Shown here in pieces: positions 1 to 16,259 of a stretch of DNA of 64,000 bases; the first letter of the stretch is position 1; each line of letters begins with the position of its first letter. The notes beneath the pieces were generated by a model that saw only the letters and a list, made by a program, of their open reading frames with translations, searched no databases and was not told where the DNA came from. Source of the DNA: the human T2T-CHM13v2.0 reference genome, Homo sapiens. The stretch lies in NCBI RefSeq assembly GCF_009914755.1, contig NC_060933.1. One strand, 5' to 3'. The translations under genes were made by a program, and so were the position numbers.

Positions 1-925
1 AAAAGACCAAGAACCTTGAGAACATCTTTATTTGCGTGGTCCTAAAGAACAATTATGGTTTATATATCTCAGGGGCATTATAATATGGTTGTCAGTCTTG
101 CTTTTAATTCTTAATAACAACAGCTATTCAGCTTTAATTTTATCTTTAATTGGCATCTGAAACCATATTTTTTCTTAGGTTGTGGCCAGTTTGTAGACTA
201 GCAGGAGAACTTTGAATAAAAAATTCTTATTCATGTATCATTTTAGCGATATACTCCCTCATTTGAGATTTCAAGTTGAGAAAGACTTAGTTTGGAGCTA
301 TGCACTAGTGTGAAAAGTGAGATCACCAGTGGACAGAGAAGAAAGAGGAACTCACTCTTAGGTGTCTTACAATACTGTCTTTAAAATATTGTGGATTTCT
401 GTAATTACATCTCTGTTCCAAATGCATTTTGGGCTCATTGAGGGTTGAGGGCAGTGCTGCTCTGCTCTGCTATTCAGGATTATTATATAGCTAAGTTTGA
501 ATGGATTCTACTGTTTAGTAATTGAGGGGAAGAGAAGCTTATATTATTTGTGTTCCCATTTTACCTTTCTTCACAATCTCATGGTTAATGTATCATTTCC
601 TCTGTTTTGAAAGAATATACTGACCCTATTTTATCCTCAGAGTTTTTTCTTTGAGTTCATTTTGACATAGAAACTCCCCTCCATCACCACTATCACCACC
701 ATGTAGGTAGGAGGTACAGTTTTAGGTTATTAAATCTACTTGTTTAGTTTTTAAAAAATGTATATGTATAGATATATTCTAAATTATAAAATCTATTTAG
801 AGGATTTTGTGGTTAGAATTTGTTTGGAAAAGCTTTTTAAACTGGCATTTTTATATTTAATAACATTTGCAGTTTAAAATTCAGAGAAAAGTTGAAAAAT
901 TTTACTTTCATTTTTTTCTTTTTAG

Positions 926-1104
926 ATCATCCAATTATGATGGGTTTTGAACCCCTTGTGAACCAGAGGCTACTTCCACCTACCTTCCCTCGATATGCAA
1001 AAATAATTAAAAGGGAAGAAATGGTGAACTATTTTGCAAGATTAATAGATAGAATAAAAACTGTCTGTGAGGTTGTGAATTTAACAAATTTACATTGTAT
1101 CCTG
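926..1104 (+). CDS. NAA35: NAA35 coding exon (first in window), [28 protein letters not shown]...LHCIL
   Basis: Polypyrimidine tract + ttttag acceptor, gtaagt donor; 179 bp; Mak10-family motif [13 protein letters not shown]. Confidence 0.97.
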
Positions 1105-1392
1105 GTAAGTACAAATCTCTGTTCCAGAATGTAACTTCCATTTAAAAAAAATTGATACATAATAATTGTACATATTTATGTGGTAACTTTGGTTTAACAA
1201 CAGAATAATTGATTGCTTTATAGACATTGACCAAGGGTAAATACTACTCTTTGTCTATTTTCTGTGATAGCTAGAGGATTAAGTGGTTCATAAATACTAT
1301 ACATACATACTGTTTAATCCTCAAAAGCTTTTACACTATTTTAGAGATTAAGAAGCCGATGTTGAAGGGTTAGATAATTCATCCAAGATTTG

Positions 1393-2740
<1,348 letters not shown>

Positions 2741-4482
2741 TTAAGTGTGTATATAGTTTTACATGTAAAAATGGGATCATGGTGTTTGGTAACCTGCTTT
2801 TTAAAATTGCTTGTCTCTGTATCATGAACATCTTCCTTTTCATGTCAACAAATACATGACAAATTCTACATTATTTTAATGGCTGTGTGGTATTCCATTT
2901 TAAGCATATATTACAGTTTTTTAAATTTCATATTAAATTACATTTAGGTCATTTTCAGTGTTACAAACAATACTAAGATGAATATATTTATAGGTAACTC
3001 TTTTTATTGTATGCTTCCTTTCCCCTTAAGATAAATTCCTAAAAAATGAAGCTGCTAGGTACACTTTTAACTATCATATTTTGGATTAATATTTTTTATG
3101 GGTTAAAATATAGAAAAACAAGGCTCATTTTAAGAACATTCAGAGATGGAGCTTTTTTTTGTTTTTTGTTTTTCTCTCCTGTACCCACTGACAGCAGAAA
3201 AGCTTTTTAATTGGTAGGATTATAGTAGCACATGTAAGGTTAGTAGGAAAGGTAGAAAATGTGCAAGACAGTACTGTTGTTCTTAGGACATAAGTACACT
3301 AACATCTGTGGCATAGCTAGGCATTTGAGTGTTGTTACCTTACACACTGAGGTGTGGAATTGTCAGCCCCATGTCATTTTCTCTGTGAAATCTTCCCCTT
3401 TGGTTGCTGGTTGCCACTGTACCTGTGTTCCTTGAGCTCACACAGTATATAGTTTATACTCCCAGCATTTAGCAGCAGTCTCTGGGAAATAGTTGATAGT
3501 AAAGATTTGTGCTTTTGTTTATGTTCTTTATTTTTCCTTCTATTAATTCTTTGTCATTAAAACCCAGCTTAAGTCTTCATTCCTTAGTAAAACTTTCACT
3601 GATTATGCCTTTAATACCTTCTGTTGCATTTGCTTTCTTATTAGATTGCTCTTATTCTGTCATAAGAATCAGAATTTTAAAAGTTCCTAGGAAAAAGATC
3701 ATAGAAAGACAGTTTTACAGTTAAACAAACTAAGGTTCAGACGTTCTAAAGTAACCAAATTAGATGACTATAGTAGCATATCTGGAATGAGAATAGATAT
3801 TTTCTTATTCTCTTCTGCCACATTGACTTTTTTGATCTTAATTGTTACATGAATATACATTTGTGTTCACTAGATTAATTGCAAGGTCTTTAAGTAAAAT
3901 CAACCTGTAAACCCATGTCAACCATAAGGTAATATGCTTTTAATGTATATAGTTGTTTTACCAGTTGTATTGGTAAGCAAATGGACTTTAAAATAATTTT
4001 TTTAGTAAGCAACAGGGCTGACTTGGGTTGTGACAGGCTCCTGATATTGAAGGCTAAGTTGTCTGCCATTATTGTTGGTCAATTTCACTGAACCCTCTGA
4101 GGAAACCATGGCCCATTCCAGGTACCTTAGGGGGACCCACACTGGTTCTAACCAAGGATAGGTAGCTGAGGCATTGTCAGTGATCCTTTAGAATTTTCTC
4201 AGCAAGCTGCAGGATTTCTTAATAAAGAGCTTGATCAGATAGATGCCCGAATAGGCATTTATTCTGATTTTGGTTTCTGAAGAGCTGCTGTCCCAAGCAG
4301 TTCTCCTTAACAAATCCAAGTCCAAATATTAAAATACATACATTATTATTTAACTATAAAATTTGGAAGATGCAGAGAACTGTGAAGATGATAAATAACT
4401 GCTGTCCCACACTCTGTAGATGTTAGCATTTCGGTGTATTTTGTCATCTGGTTTTATATCTACATATAAACCCATATCTTTT

Positions 4483-7400
4483 CATTTTTTAGATAAATTT
4501 CTTTAAAAAAATTTTACATTTGAGGGTACATGTGAAGGTTTCTTACATAAATAAACACTTGGCCTGCCTTGGACTCTTATTGTTTTGAGGTGTGGTCCTT
4601 CAATACCTAGTTTATTGAGAGTGTAACATGAAGGGATGTTAAATTTTATCAGAAGGCTTTTCTGCATCTATTGAGATAATCATGTGATTTTTGTCTTTAG
4701 TTCTGTTTATGTGATGAATCACATTTATTGATTTTTTTGTATGTTGAAACAACCTTGCATCCCAGGGATGCAGCCTACTTGATCATGGTGAATTAGCTTT
4801 TTGATGTGCTGCTGGATTCGATTTGCAAGTACTTTGTTGAGGATTTTTGCATCGATATTAATCAAAGATATTGGCCTGAAGTCTTCTTTTTTTGTTGAGT
4901 CTCTACCAGGTTTTGGTATCAAGATGATGCTAGCCTCATAGAAGGAGTTGGGGAGAAGTCCCTCCTCAGTTTTTTGCAATAGTTTCTGTAGGAATGGTAC
5001 CAGCTCTTCTTTGTACATCTGGTAGAATTCACCTGTGAATCCATCACGTCCTGGCCTTTTTTTTTTGGTTGGTAGGTTATTTATTACTGATTCAGTTTTG
5101 GAGCTCATTATTGGTCTGTTCAGGGAATCAATTTCTTCCTGGCTCAGTCTTGGGAGGGTGTATGTGTCCAGGAATTTATCCATCTCTTCTAGGTTTTCTA
5201 GTTTGTATGTGTAGAGATGTTCATAGTAGTTTCTGATGGTTGTTTTTATTTCTTTGGGGTCAGTAGTAACATTCCCTTCATCATTTCTAATTGTGTTTAT
5301 TTGGGTCTTCTCCCATTTCTTCTTAGTCTAGCTGGTGGCCTATTTTATTTTTTTTCAAAAAACTAATAGCAAGATTTGTTGATCTTTTGAATGGGTTTTC
5401 ATGTCTTGATTTCCCTCAGTTCACCTCTGATTTTTGTTAGTCCTTGCCTTCTGCTAGCTTGGAGATTTTTTTGTTCTTGGTTTCTCTGATTCTTTCAGTT
5501 GTGAAGTTAGGTTGTTTGAGATCTTTCTAACTTTTTGATGTGGGCATTACATGCTATGAATTTCGTTCTTAACACTGCTTTAGCTGTGTCCTAGAGATTT
5601 TGGTATGTTGTATCTTTGTTCTCATTATTTTCAAAGAACTTCTTGATTTCTGCCTTAATTTCATTATTTACCCAAAAGGCATTCAGGAGGATGTTTTTTA
5701 ATTCACATGTAATTGCATGGTTTTGAGCGATTTTCATTGTGTCGACTTTTATTTTTATTACGCTGTGGTCCAAGAGTATGTTTGGTATGACTTCAGTTCT
5801 TTTACATTTGTTGAGTATTTTATGTCCAATTATGTGGTCGATATTAGAGTATGTGCCATGTGGTGATGAGAAGGTTGTATATTCTGTTGTTTTTGGGTGG
5901 AGACTTCTGTAAAGGTCTATCAAATCCATTTGGTCCAGTGCTGAGTTCAGGTCCTGAATATCTTTGTTAATTTTTTGTCTCGATGATCCATCTAATACTG
6001 TCATTGGAGTGTTGAAGTCTCCCACTGTTGTTATGTGGGAGTCTGTGTCTCTTTGTAGGTCTGTAAGAACTTGCTTTAGGAATCTGGGTGCATATATATT
6101 TAGGATAGTTAGGTTTTCTTGTTGAATTGAACCCTTTACCCTTATGTAATACCCTTCCTTGTCTTATTTGATCTTTGTTGGTGTGAAATCTGTTTTGTCT
6201 GAAATTAGGATTGCAACCCCTGCTTTTTTCTGTTTTCCATTTGCTTGGAAGATTTTCCTCCATCCCTTTATTTTGAGCCTATGAGTGTCATTATGTGTGA
6301 GATGAGTCTCTTGAAGACAGCACATCAGTACGTCTTGCTTTTTTATCCAGCTTGTCACTCTGTTTTTTAAGTGGGCCATTTAGCCCGTTTACATTCAGGT
6401 TAGTATGATATGTGTGGATTTGATCCTGTCATTATGGTGTTAGCTGGTTATTATGTTGGCTTGTTTTTGTGGTTGCTTTATAGTGACACTAGTCTGTGTG
6501 TTTAAGTGTGTTTTTGTATTAGCTGGTAGTAGTCTTTCCTTTCTATATTTAGGGCTCCTTTCAAGATCCTCTTGTAAGGTAGGACTGGTGGTAATGAAGT
6601 CCCTCAACATTTGCTTATCTGAAAAGGATCTTATTTCTCCTTCACTTAGGAAGGTTAGTTTGGTGGGATATGAAATTCTTGGTTGAAGATTTTTAAAAGA
6701 ATGTTGAATATAGGACCCCAATTTCTTCTTGTAGGGTTTCAGCTGAGAGGTCTCCTTTTAGCCTGATGGGGATCCCTTTTTAGGTTACTCGCCCTTTCTT
6801 TGTAGCTGCCTTTAACATTTGTTTCATTTCGGCTTTGGAAAACCTGAGGATTTTATGTTTTGGGGATGATCTGCTTGTGTAGAATCTTGCAGGACTTCTC
6901 TGTATTTCCTGAATTTGAATGTTGGCTTCTCTAGCAAAGTTGGGGAAGTTTTCACGAACAATACCCAGAAATATATTTTCCAAGATGTTTGCTTTCTCCC
7001 CTTGCCTTTCAGGGATGCCAGTGATTCAAAGTTAGCTTGTTTCCATAATCCCATACTTCTCAGAGGTTTTTTTCATTCCTTTTTCTTCTTTTTTCTTTAT
7101 TTTTGTCTGACTGTCTTATTTCAGAGAACCAGTCTTCAAGTTCTGAGATTCTGTCCTCACCTCAGTTTATTTTGCTGTTAATACTTGTGATTGCATAGTG
7201 AAATTCTTGTATTATTCAGCTCTGTCAGACCTTTTAGGTTCTTTTTTATGCCAGCTATTTTATCCTTCAGCTCCTGTATCACTTTATTATTATTATTTTT
7301 CTTGGATTGGGTTTTGCTATCCTCCTGAATCTCTATGATCTTTGGTCCTGAATTCTATTTCTGTCATTCCAGCCAGTTCAGCCTGATTAAGAACTCATGT

Positions 7401-7704
7401 TGGAGAACTGGTGCAGTCATTTGGAGGACATATGACACTCTGGCCATTTGAGTTACCATAGTTCTTGCCTAGGTTCTTTCTCATCTCTGTGTGTGGATGT
7501 TCCTTTAACTGCAGTGTAGATTGAGTACAGTCAATAGACTTCTTTTCTGGATGTTTTCACTGGGCCGAGGCTTTCTGTAGGGTCTTTATTTGAAGCTGAC
7601 TTCTTGTCTCTGGTTTCAAAGTGGGGTATGTTAGTGAGGTACTTTTGGTGTTGAAGCTTTGGTGACACTTAGGCTTATTGATCACTTGGTAGACTCTTGC
7701 TCAA
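4483..7704 (-). mobile_element. Older L1PA-type LINE-1 (part of 5' region, ORF1, ORF2 EN to early RT, extreme 3' end) with an internal deletion
   Basis: ORF track shows L1 ORF1/ORF2 peptides ([27 protein letters not shown]); 15-bp TSD aaacccatatctttt (4468-4482) / aaacctgtatctttt (7705-7719). Confidence 0.9.
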
Positions 7705-8110
7705 AAACCTGTATCTTTTGGTCTTTCCCTATAGTCAGCAACAATCAGTAATGTGCATCCAGTTGACTTGATTACTTGGAATTTATTTCTGTGAAATAGG
7801 AACTAAAGTTCTGCCATGACTTAGTAAATTATTATTGGTATTATTTTTATGGTATACAAATTTAATATTGGTATCCACACAATTCTATGATTGGTCAGTT
7901 TTTTTAAGGAAAGTTTTTAGAGTCTAGAATTATCCATTGTCCCTTTTATATAATTAAATAATTTCTATAGAAATGACCTTTATTTGTCATATTTTAACTC
8001 TGGTACTATGTCATTTCCAGAAGGTCTAGTAAAAATTACAGTCTGATGAAGTGTTTTTAGCTTTTATTTAATCTATTAATGACATTGCTTTTTCTTTATA
8101 TATCTGTTAG

Positions 8111-8170
8111 GATTTTTTCTGTGAATTTAGTGAACAGTCACCATGTGTTCTTTCAAGATCTCTGTTACAA
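8111..8170 (+). CDS. NAA35: NAA35 exon, DFFCEFSEQSPCVLSRSLLQ
   Basis: gttag|GAT...CAA|gtaagt; 60 bp; in phase with neighbours. Confidence 0.96.
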
Positions 8171-8628
8171 GTAAGTTCCACTTAGTATCAAAATACTTAT
8201 TTAAACATTATATGTGTATTGACATTGTTTTATTGATTGATTGAACAAAAGGTAGATGCTTTTAAAGGATTTTCCAGTTAGTGTTGTGTATTTTTTTTTT
8301 AATTGAAGTATTAACTTTAAGCATTAGACATCCATCAAGATCATATCCTAGGTCATAAAACAAACCTCAGTGATTTAAAAACAATCAAAATCCTACAAAG
8401 TATCTTTCTTATCATTTTAGAATTAAACTAGTAACCAACAAGGGAATGATATCCAGGAAAATCTCCAAATATTTTGAAATTAAACAACTTGTAAGTAACA
8501 CATGGGTCAAAGACAGAGGTCTTGAGGGGAGTTCAAAAATATTTTGAACTGAATGAAAATTAAAATGTACCCAAATCTGTGAGATACAAATAAAGCAGCG
8601 CTTAGAGGGAAATTTGTAGCATTGAATG

Positions 8629-9013
<385 letters not shown>

Positions 9014-10415
9014 GTCTACGGTTAGTAATTTAAGCTACCACTGTATGAAACCAGAAAAAGAAGAGCATATTAAAACAAACAGAAGGAAATAATGAGCAGA
9101 AATTAGTAAAATATAGAACAGAAAAACAATGGAGAAAATCAATGCAACCCAAAGCTCATTCTTTGAAAATATTCATGAAGTCAATGAACCTCTAATGAGG
9201 CATAATAAGAGAAAGATAAAAATGACTAATATCAAGAATGAAAGAAGGGGTATCATTACAGACTCTGTAAACATTAAAAGAATAGTAATGGGATATACAA
9301 CTCTGTCCATAAATGCAAAAGCAGATAAAATGGACCTATTCCTTTAAATGTAGATACAGACTACCAAAACTCAAGAAGAGACAGATAATTTGAATAATCT
9401 CTTATCTATTAAATAAATCAGACTTATAGTTAAAAACCTAACAATGCAAACTGCAGGCCAGCTCTATGTAGTGTCTTCCAGAAAATAAAAGAGGCAAGAA
9501 CACTCATATGAGCCAGAATTTACTCTATCAAAACCAAACCAACTTTACAAACATGGAAAACTATAGACCATATTTTCCTCACAAACACAGATGTAAAAAT
9601 CTTATTCCATGAACACAGATGTAAAAATCTTCAATAAATTATTAATAAATCAAATTCAACAATATATAAAAAGAGGTAATACACCATGACCAAATAAGAT
9701 TTACCCTAAGAATCAAGCCTGGTTCACCAGTTGAAAATTGGTCAGCATAATATACCATATTATCTAAAGTCTTAGTAGATTCACAAAAAGCATTTGACAA
9801 AATTCAACATCCATTCATGATTTGAAACTCTTAGCAAAACTAGATACAGAAGAGAGCTTCCTAAACCTGATAAAGGACATATACAAAAATACCTTACAGC
9901 TAACATCATACTTAATGATGAAAGACTAAATGGTTTCCTCCAAGAATGGGAAGAAGGCAAAGATGCCCACTTCGCTCTTACTGAACATTGGAAATCTTAG
10001 CCAGTGCAATAAAGCAAGAAAAAGAAATAAATGGCACACAGATTTGGAAAGGAAGAAAAAATATTGTCTATTTAGAGATGACATCATTTTCCATGTAGAA
10101 TGCCCATGGATTTTACAAGGAAGTTCCTAGAACTGATTAGTGAATTTAGTGAGATTATAGGATATGAAGTCATTATACAGAAAGCAGTTGTAATTCTATA
10201 TACTTGAAATGAACAATGGTAGATCAAAATTTTAAAAACCAAACTATTTACAATAACAAAATGAAATACATAGGTGCAAATCTAATATGATTAATATTCA
10301 GCAATATTCAATATATTAAATATTCAAATTCAACATGGTAAATATTAGGGAAATGCAAATTAAATCACAGAAATACTATTCACCTTTCAGAATATCTTTA
10401 AAAAAAAAAAAATCT

Positions 10416-10708
10416 GGCCAGGCATGGTGGCTCACGCCTGTAATCCCAGCACTTTGGGAGGCGGAGGTGGTTGGATCACGAGGTCAGAAGTTCAAGATCA
10501 GCCTGGCCAAGATAGTGAAACCCCATCTGTACTAAAAATACAAAAATTAGCCTGGCATGGTGGCAGGCGCCTGTAATCCCAGCTACTCGGGAGGCTGAGG
10601 CAGAGAATTGCTTGAAGCTAGGAGGCAGAGGTTGCAGTAAGCCAAGATCGCACCACTGCACTCCAGCCTGGGCAACAGAGCGAGACCCCATCTCAAAAAA
10701 AAAAAAAG
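10416..10708 (+). mobile_element. AluS
   Basis: Full dimer with A tail. Confidence 0.9.
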
Positions 10709-11882
10709 TCTGATAATACCAAGTGCTGGTGAGGATGTATTTGGTGATAGGAATGTAATGTGGTTCAGCTGCTTTGGAAAATAGCTTGGCACGTTCTTAT
10801 AAATTAAACATGCAGCTCACACTCCTAGTTGATTGCCTAAGAGAAGTGAAATTTGACATTCTTCTCGAAACCTCTGCAAATGTGTAGAGCTGTTTGTTCA
10901 TGATCATCAAAAACAGACAACCCAAATGTTCTTGAGCTGGTCAGTGGATAAACATACTGTGGTACATGCACAGTGGAATACTACTCAGAAATAAAAAGAA
11001 AATGAAGCATGATACACTTAACAATGCCAATGAATCTCCACTGCATTATGCTGGGTAAAAGAAGCTGGACTCAAAAGGCTATATGATTTCGTTTTAATGA
11101 CATTCTGGAAATGGCAAAACTGATAGAGCTGGAGAGCAGATCAGTGCTTGCCAGGGGTTTGGGGCGGGAGGAGCGTTTGACCACAAAGGGATCACATGAG
11201 GGAATGTTTTTAGGGTGATACAGGTGATACAGTTTGTTCTGTATCTTGATTGTGAGACTGATTTGAAAAACTATGCTTTTGTTAGACTTATAACTGTACA
11301 ACAAACATGTAAATTTTACCATATGTAAATTTTAAAATTTAAAAACAGTCTTAGGAAATCAAGGTATGGTATATTAAATACTAAAATACAGTGGATTGTT
11401 AAGGAAAGGAAAGGAAATTAAAACAAATTATTAAATGCAAGTTGTTTTAAATTTTTTCATGTTCAGAAATGAACATAAAAAATATTAAAAATATTTGTAT
11501 ATGTTACAAAACATTCATTAGAGGTAAACAGGATTATCAAATAACATGTATAGCCATTTACTATTTCATAGTTTATGAAGCATTTTTTAATACATTAGCT
11601 CATTTGACATAATCAGATTAGTCAGTTTATTTTGACTATTTTAATATTACTACTCTTGGGAGGTTTTTATTTCTGTACATTTTTTATCCTACATCAGAAT
11701 TCACCTTCAGTAAGGATTAATAAGTAACACTCATTGTGGAGACAGCAACTTATAAAAAATTTTCACAAACTTTTTATATTTTAATCACTTGCGTAGTCTG
11801 TGGCATTTATAAGTATACTGATTTTACACTAATGACAATTCTGTGCGTGACACCGTAACTAATATATAACATTTGTTTTAAG

Positions 11883-11989
11883 ACCACTTTCCTGGTGGAT
11901 AACAAAAAGGTCTTTGGAACTCATCTCATGCAAGACATGGTGAAAGATGCACTTCGGTCTTTTGTCAGTCCTCCGGTGCTTTCCCCCAA
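11883..11989 (+). CDS. NAA35: NAA35 exon, [35 protein letters not shown](K)
   Basis: ttttaag|ACC...CCCAA|gtaagt; 107 bp. Confidence 0.96.
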
Positions 11990-12529
11990 GTAAGTATTGT
12001 AAGACATTTTAGAGTTGTATGTATGTGCTCCTTTAAAAGCCCAACTTCTCTGTACTCCTTCTTTATAGCCAAAGTATCAAAATTGGGACCAAATCTCCAT
12101 GTAAAGTAACTTAATAGTGTTAAAATTAATTGATCTCTGCCACATTGTTTAGATTAAAACTAAGGTTTTTATGAGGTTGACAAAATTTCTGATAACTCCA
12201 AGTTTTTTGTCTCCAGTGTAAGTCCTTAAACTTTGCCGTAGTAGAGGCACTGCCCCGAAAACATGCTGCCATCAGAGGCTGAAAGGATTGCATGCAGAAA
12301 GAATCATCATTTGAAAGCTGGCATTCTGAGAAATGTCAGGCTTTTCCAACAGGGAAGGGAAGAAAGGAGTCATCATTTCTTAACAAAGCACTTACACTTT
12401 GTTAAAAAAAAAGATACACCTAACAGTGTATCTTTTTCCACTGAAAGATACACGATGGCTTTCTATCACAAATTACTTCATGGTAGATCTAATTAATTAT
12501 ATGTAATGGCTGCCAAATATTTCATAATA

Positions 12530-12622
12530 AATGTTGAGTATCTTTTATCCAAAATGCCCTGGACCAGAGGTGTTTTAGATTTCTGATATTTTTGGATTTT
12601 TGAAGTATTTGCATGTACATAA
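12530..12622. mobile_element. Tigger4/MER46-like DNA transposon fragment
   Basis: gttgagtatc..tatccaaaatgc..ggaccaga..gtgttttagatt resembles the terminal consensus (from memory). Confidence 0.5.
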
Positions 12623-12886
12623 TGTTGCTCAGGCTGGAGTGCAGTGGCATCATCTCAGCTTACTGCAACCTCCGCCTCCTAGGTTCAAGAGATTCTCCCA
12701 CATCAGCCTCCTGAGTAGCTGAGATCACGGGTGCATGTCACCATGCCCAGCTAATTTTTGTATTTTTAGTAGAGATGGGCTTTCGCTATGTTGGCCAGGC
12801 TGGTCTCAAACCCTGACCTCAAGTGATCTGCCCACCTTGGCCTCCCAAAGTGCTGGGATTATAGGCTTGAGCCACTGCACCGGCCT
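12623..12886 (-). mobile_element. AluS lacking its tail
   Basis: Alu consensus. Confidence 0.85.
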
Positions 12887-12969
12887 AATATGTTTCTTTT
12901 ACATGGTGGTGTAATTTTTGTTAGCTCAAATCTTTTGAAAGCAGAATTCAGCCTGTTCACATTTGGTAT

Positions 12970-13210
12970 ACACTATTGGGTCATGAGTTTGATGTTAATA
13001 AATCAACAGTATATTAATCCATTAAATGAGGTGTCTTAAACAGAAATACACATAAAATAAGGTTATTCATTGATCAGTGCATGGAAATGTTGTGACCAGA
13101 GACTCATAGGAATCTAACCCTTTATTTCCCATGTTAGCAATGATTTAATAGTCTAATTTAGTATCTTCAGAAACTTTATGGAACATAAATACCACAAATA
13201 ATGATAATTG
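12970..13210. mobile_element. MER44/Tigger7-like DNA transposon fragment
   Basis: aatgttgtgaccagagactcataggaatctaacc resembles MER44 (from memory). Confidence 0.6.
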
Positions 13211-14389
13211 TATATATGGAAAACTTTATTGTGTGGTAGTCTAGTTGTTCCACTGTTTTAAAACTTTCAGTGTTATAGATGAGAATCCTCTTTTCCTTTG
13301 TAAGTGATTTGAAACTTCTTCTGAAGCGTTGATGAGTTTCTCTTTATTTTAGGAGTTCAGAAGTTTTACCAGAATATTCATGTGTGATTTTCAGCTAGTG
13401 CTATCTGGAATTCAGTCATTAAAGACTCAGGTTTTTAGTCAGATCATTTGTCCCTGTTATTACTTATTTATTGCTTCACCTTCATCTGTTTTGATTTTTC
13501 CTTTTTTAGAGCTCCTAGCATACTAGGGTCTTCTAGAGCTCTCTTACCTATGCCTCATGACAGTCATCTCCTTGTTATTTTTGCTGTGTTGTGAGAAAGT
13601 TCTTCCTCTTGATCTTCAAGGCTACTAATGAACATATTTCTTCTACTGAATTTTTAAATTTGAAAATAATCATTTTTAGATTGAGAGAGCCTTTTAAAGC
13701 TTTTAAAGAGCCTTTTAAAAGCTTTATTTTAATCTCAAGTAATTTTCTTGCTTTAGGGTTAAAGATGTAATGAACCTTCAGCACTTCCCATTTCACCAAC
13801 TGCCTGTTCCAGGTGTTGACCTTTTTTCTTTCTCCTGGGTGCTGGGTGCACTGTCTTTGCCATTGTGTGACCTTGACTCTGTTAATCAGAGATAAGGAAC
13901 ACCGTAAAGGAAACCACTTTGTGAGAAGAGATGACGTGCCAAAGGGAGGTATAGGTGATTTATAACCAATGGTGAGGAGTGGGGATACAGAAAAAATTAG
14001 GATCCTGTATAGTATTTTCTTTGTGATTATTATTAGGAGCACAGTCCATGAGGAAATCAATTGTAGGGAAATATGTGACACTGAAGTAGGGTCATGAAAA
14101 AGTAGAGCTTTAGACTTTTCCTTTTCTCTTTGCTAATTTGATCTTACTGGATCCAACTCTGATTGTTCAAATATAGACCTATAGGAATTGGAAATATCAC
14201 AGATTTATTGTGTGAATTACATAATAATTGTAAAATATTTCTTAATCTAATACTGAAATTCTTTAACTTAGGTATCGGTTCCATTTTCTCTTTTATTCAC
14301 CTTCTCTGTCATTTGGTAGCATCTGCAGTAATTGCTGCTGCTTTTGTTTGGGCTGAATAGATTTTAATGATGTGACTGTTATCTTGCAG

Positions 14390-14456
14390 GTGCTACCTAT
14401 ATAATAATCACCAGGCTAAGGACTGTATCGACTCCTTTGTTACTCACTGTGTTCGG
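14390..14456 (+). CDS. NAA35: NAA35 exon, [22 protein letters not shown]
   Basis: ttgcag|G...CGG|gtaaga; 67 bp; completes the phase-2 codon of the previous exon. Confidence 0.96.
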
Positions 14457-14510
14457 GTAAGAGCTACAATTTGGATTGTCATAATGGGTACTTTAAAAAT
14501 CATGGGCTGT

Positions 14511-14841
<331 letters not shown>

Positions 14842-15009
14842 CTAATATTTCTTGTTTACTTTCAGTGAATAAATAAAAACTGTCTCCTCCTAACACTTGA
14901 GTGGATGGTTTTATATCCTAAGGTCTTCTGATAGGTTATTAGCTACAGAGGCAGCCTTGGATGACCTCCCACTGCAGCCTGTGGGGACCATAGATAGGGA
15001 ATGTTATGA

Positions 15010-15400
<391 letters not shown>

Positions 15401-15484
15401 TAACCTTAGAATATTTTTAACATCCTTGTACACTTATCTTTGTATTATATTAATGAACTGAGTTATAATAAAATTAAAATTATT

Positions 15485-15772
15485 GGCTGGGCATGGTGGC
15501 TCACGCCTGTAATCCCAGCAGTTTGGGAGGCTGAGGCAGGTGGATCACCTGAGGTCGGGAGTTCGAGACCAGCCTGACCAACGTGGAAAAACCCTGTCTC
15601 TACTGAAAATACAAAATTAGCTGGGCATAGTGGTGCATGCCTGTAATCCCGGCTACTCAGGAGGCTGGGGCAGAATTGCTTGAACCCAGAAGGCAGAGGT
15701 TGCAGTGAGTAGAGATCACGCCATTGCACTCCAGCCTGGGCAACAAGAGCAAAACTGTCTCAAAAAAAAAAT
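15485..15772 (+). mobile_element. AluS
   Basis: TSD aaaattaaaattatt. Confidence 0.9.
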
Positions 15773-15884
15773 TAAAATTATTAATTTAAATGAGGTCACA
15801 AATTGTTTTCATCTCAAGTAATTAGGAAAAAATGCAAATCTTGTAGTGAGTTGAATTATTCATTTTTATTTAATTTTTTAAAAT

Positions 15885-16183
15885 ATTTATTTATTTATTT
15901 ATTTTAAGACAGTGTCTCCCTCTGTTGCCCAGGCTGGAGTGCAGTGATCTTGGCTCACTGCAACCTCTACCCCCTGGGTTCAAGCAATCCTCCCACCTCA
16001 GCATTCGGAGGAGCAGAGACTACAGGCTCATGGCACCACACCTGGTTAATTTTTTTGTATTTTTTGTGGAGACAGGTTCACCCTGTTGGCCAGGCTGGTC
16101 TCAAACTCCTGAGCTCAAGTGATCCGCCCGTCTTGGCCTCCCAAAGTGCTGGGACTTACAGGCAGGAGCCACCGCACCCGGCT
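15885..16183 (-). mobile_element. AluJ/S
   Basis: Alu consensus. Confidence 0.85.
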
Positions 16184-16259
16184 TCATTTTTATTTAATTA
16201 GATGTATTTCTTTTAGAGAACTCCAACAGGCAGCTTTTTTGGGTCTACTTCCAGTTACT

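Noticed and set aside
4725-7054. ORF1/ORF2-like ORFs
   Set aside because: Broken L1 remnant with stops, frameshifts and an internal deletion
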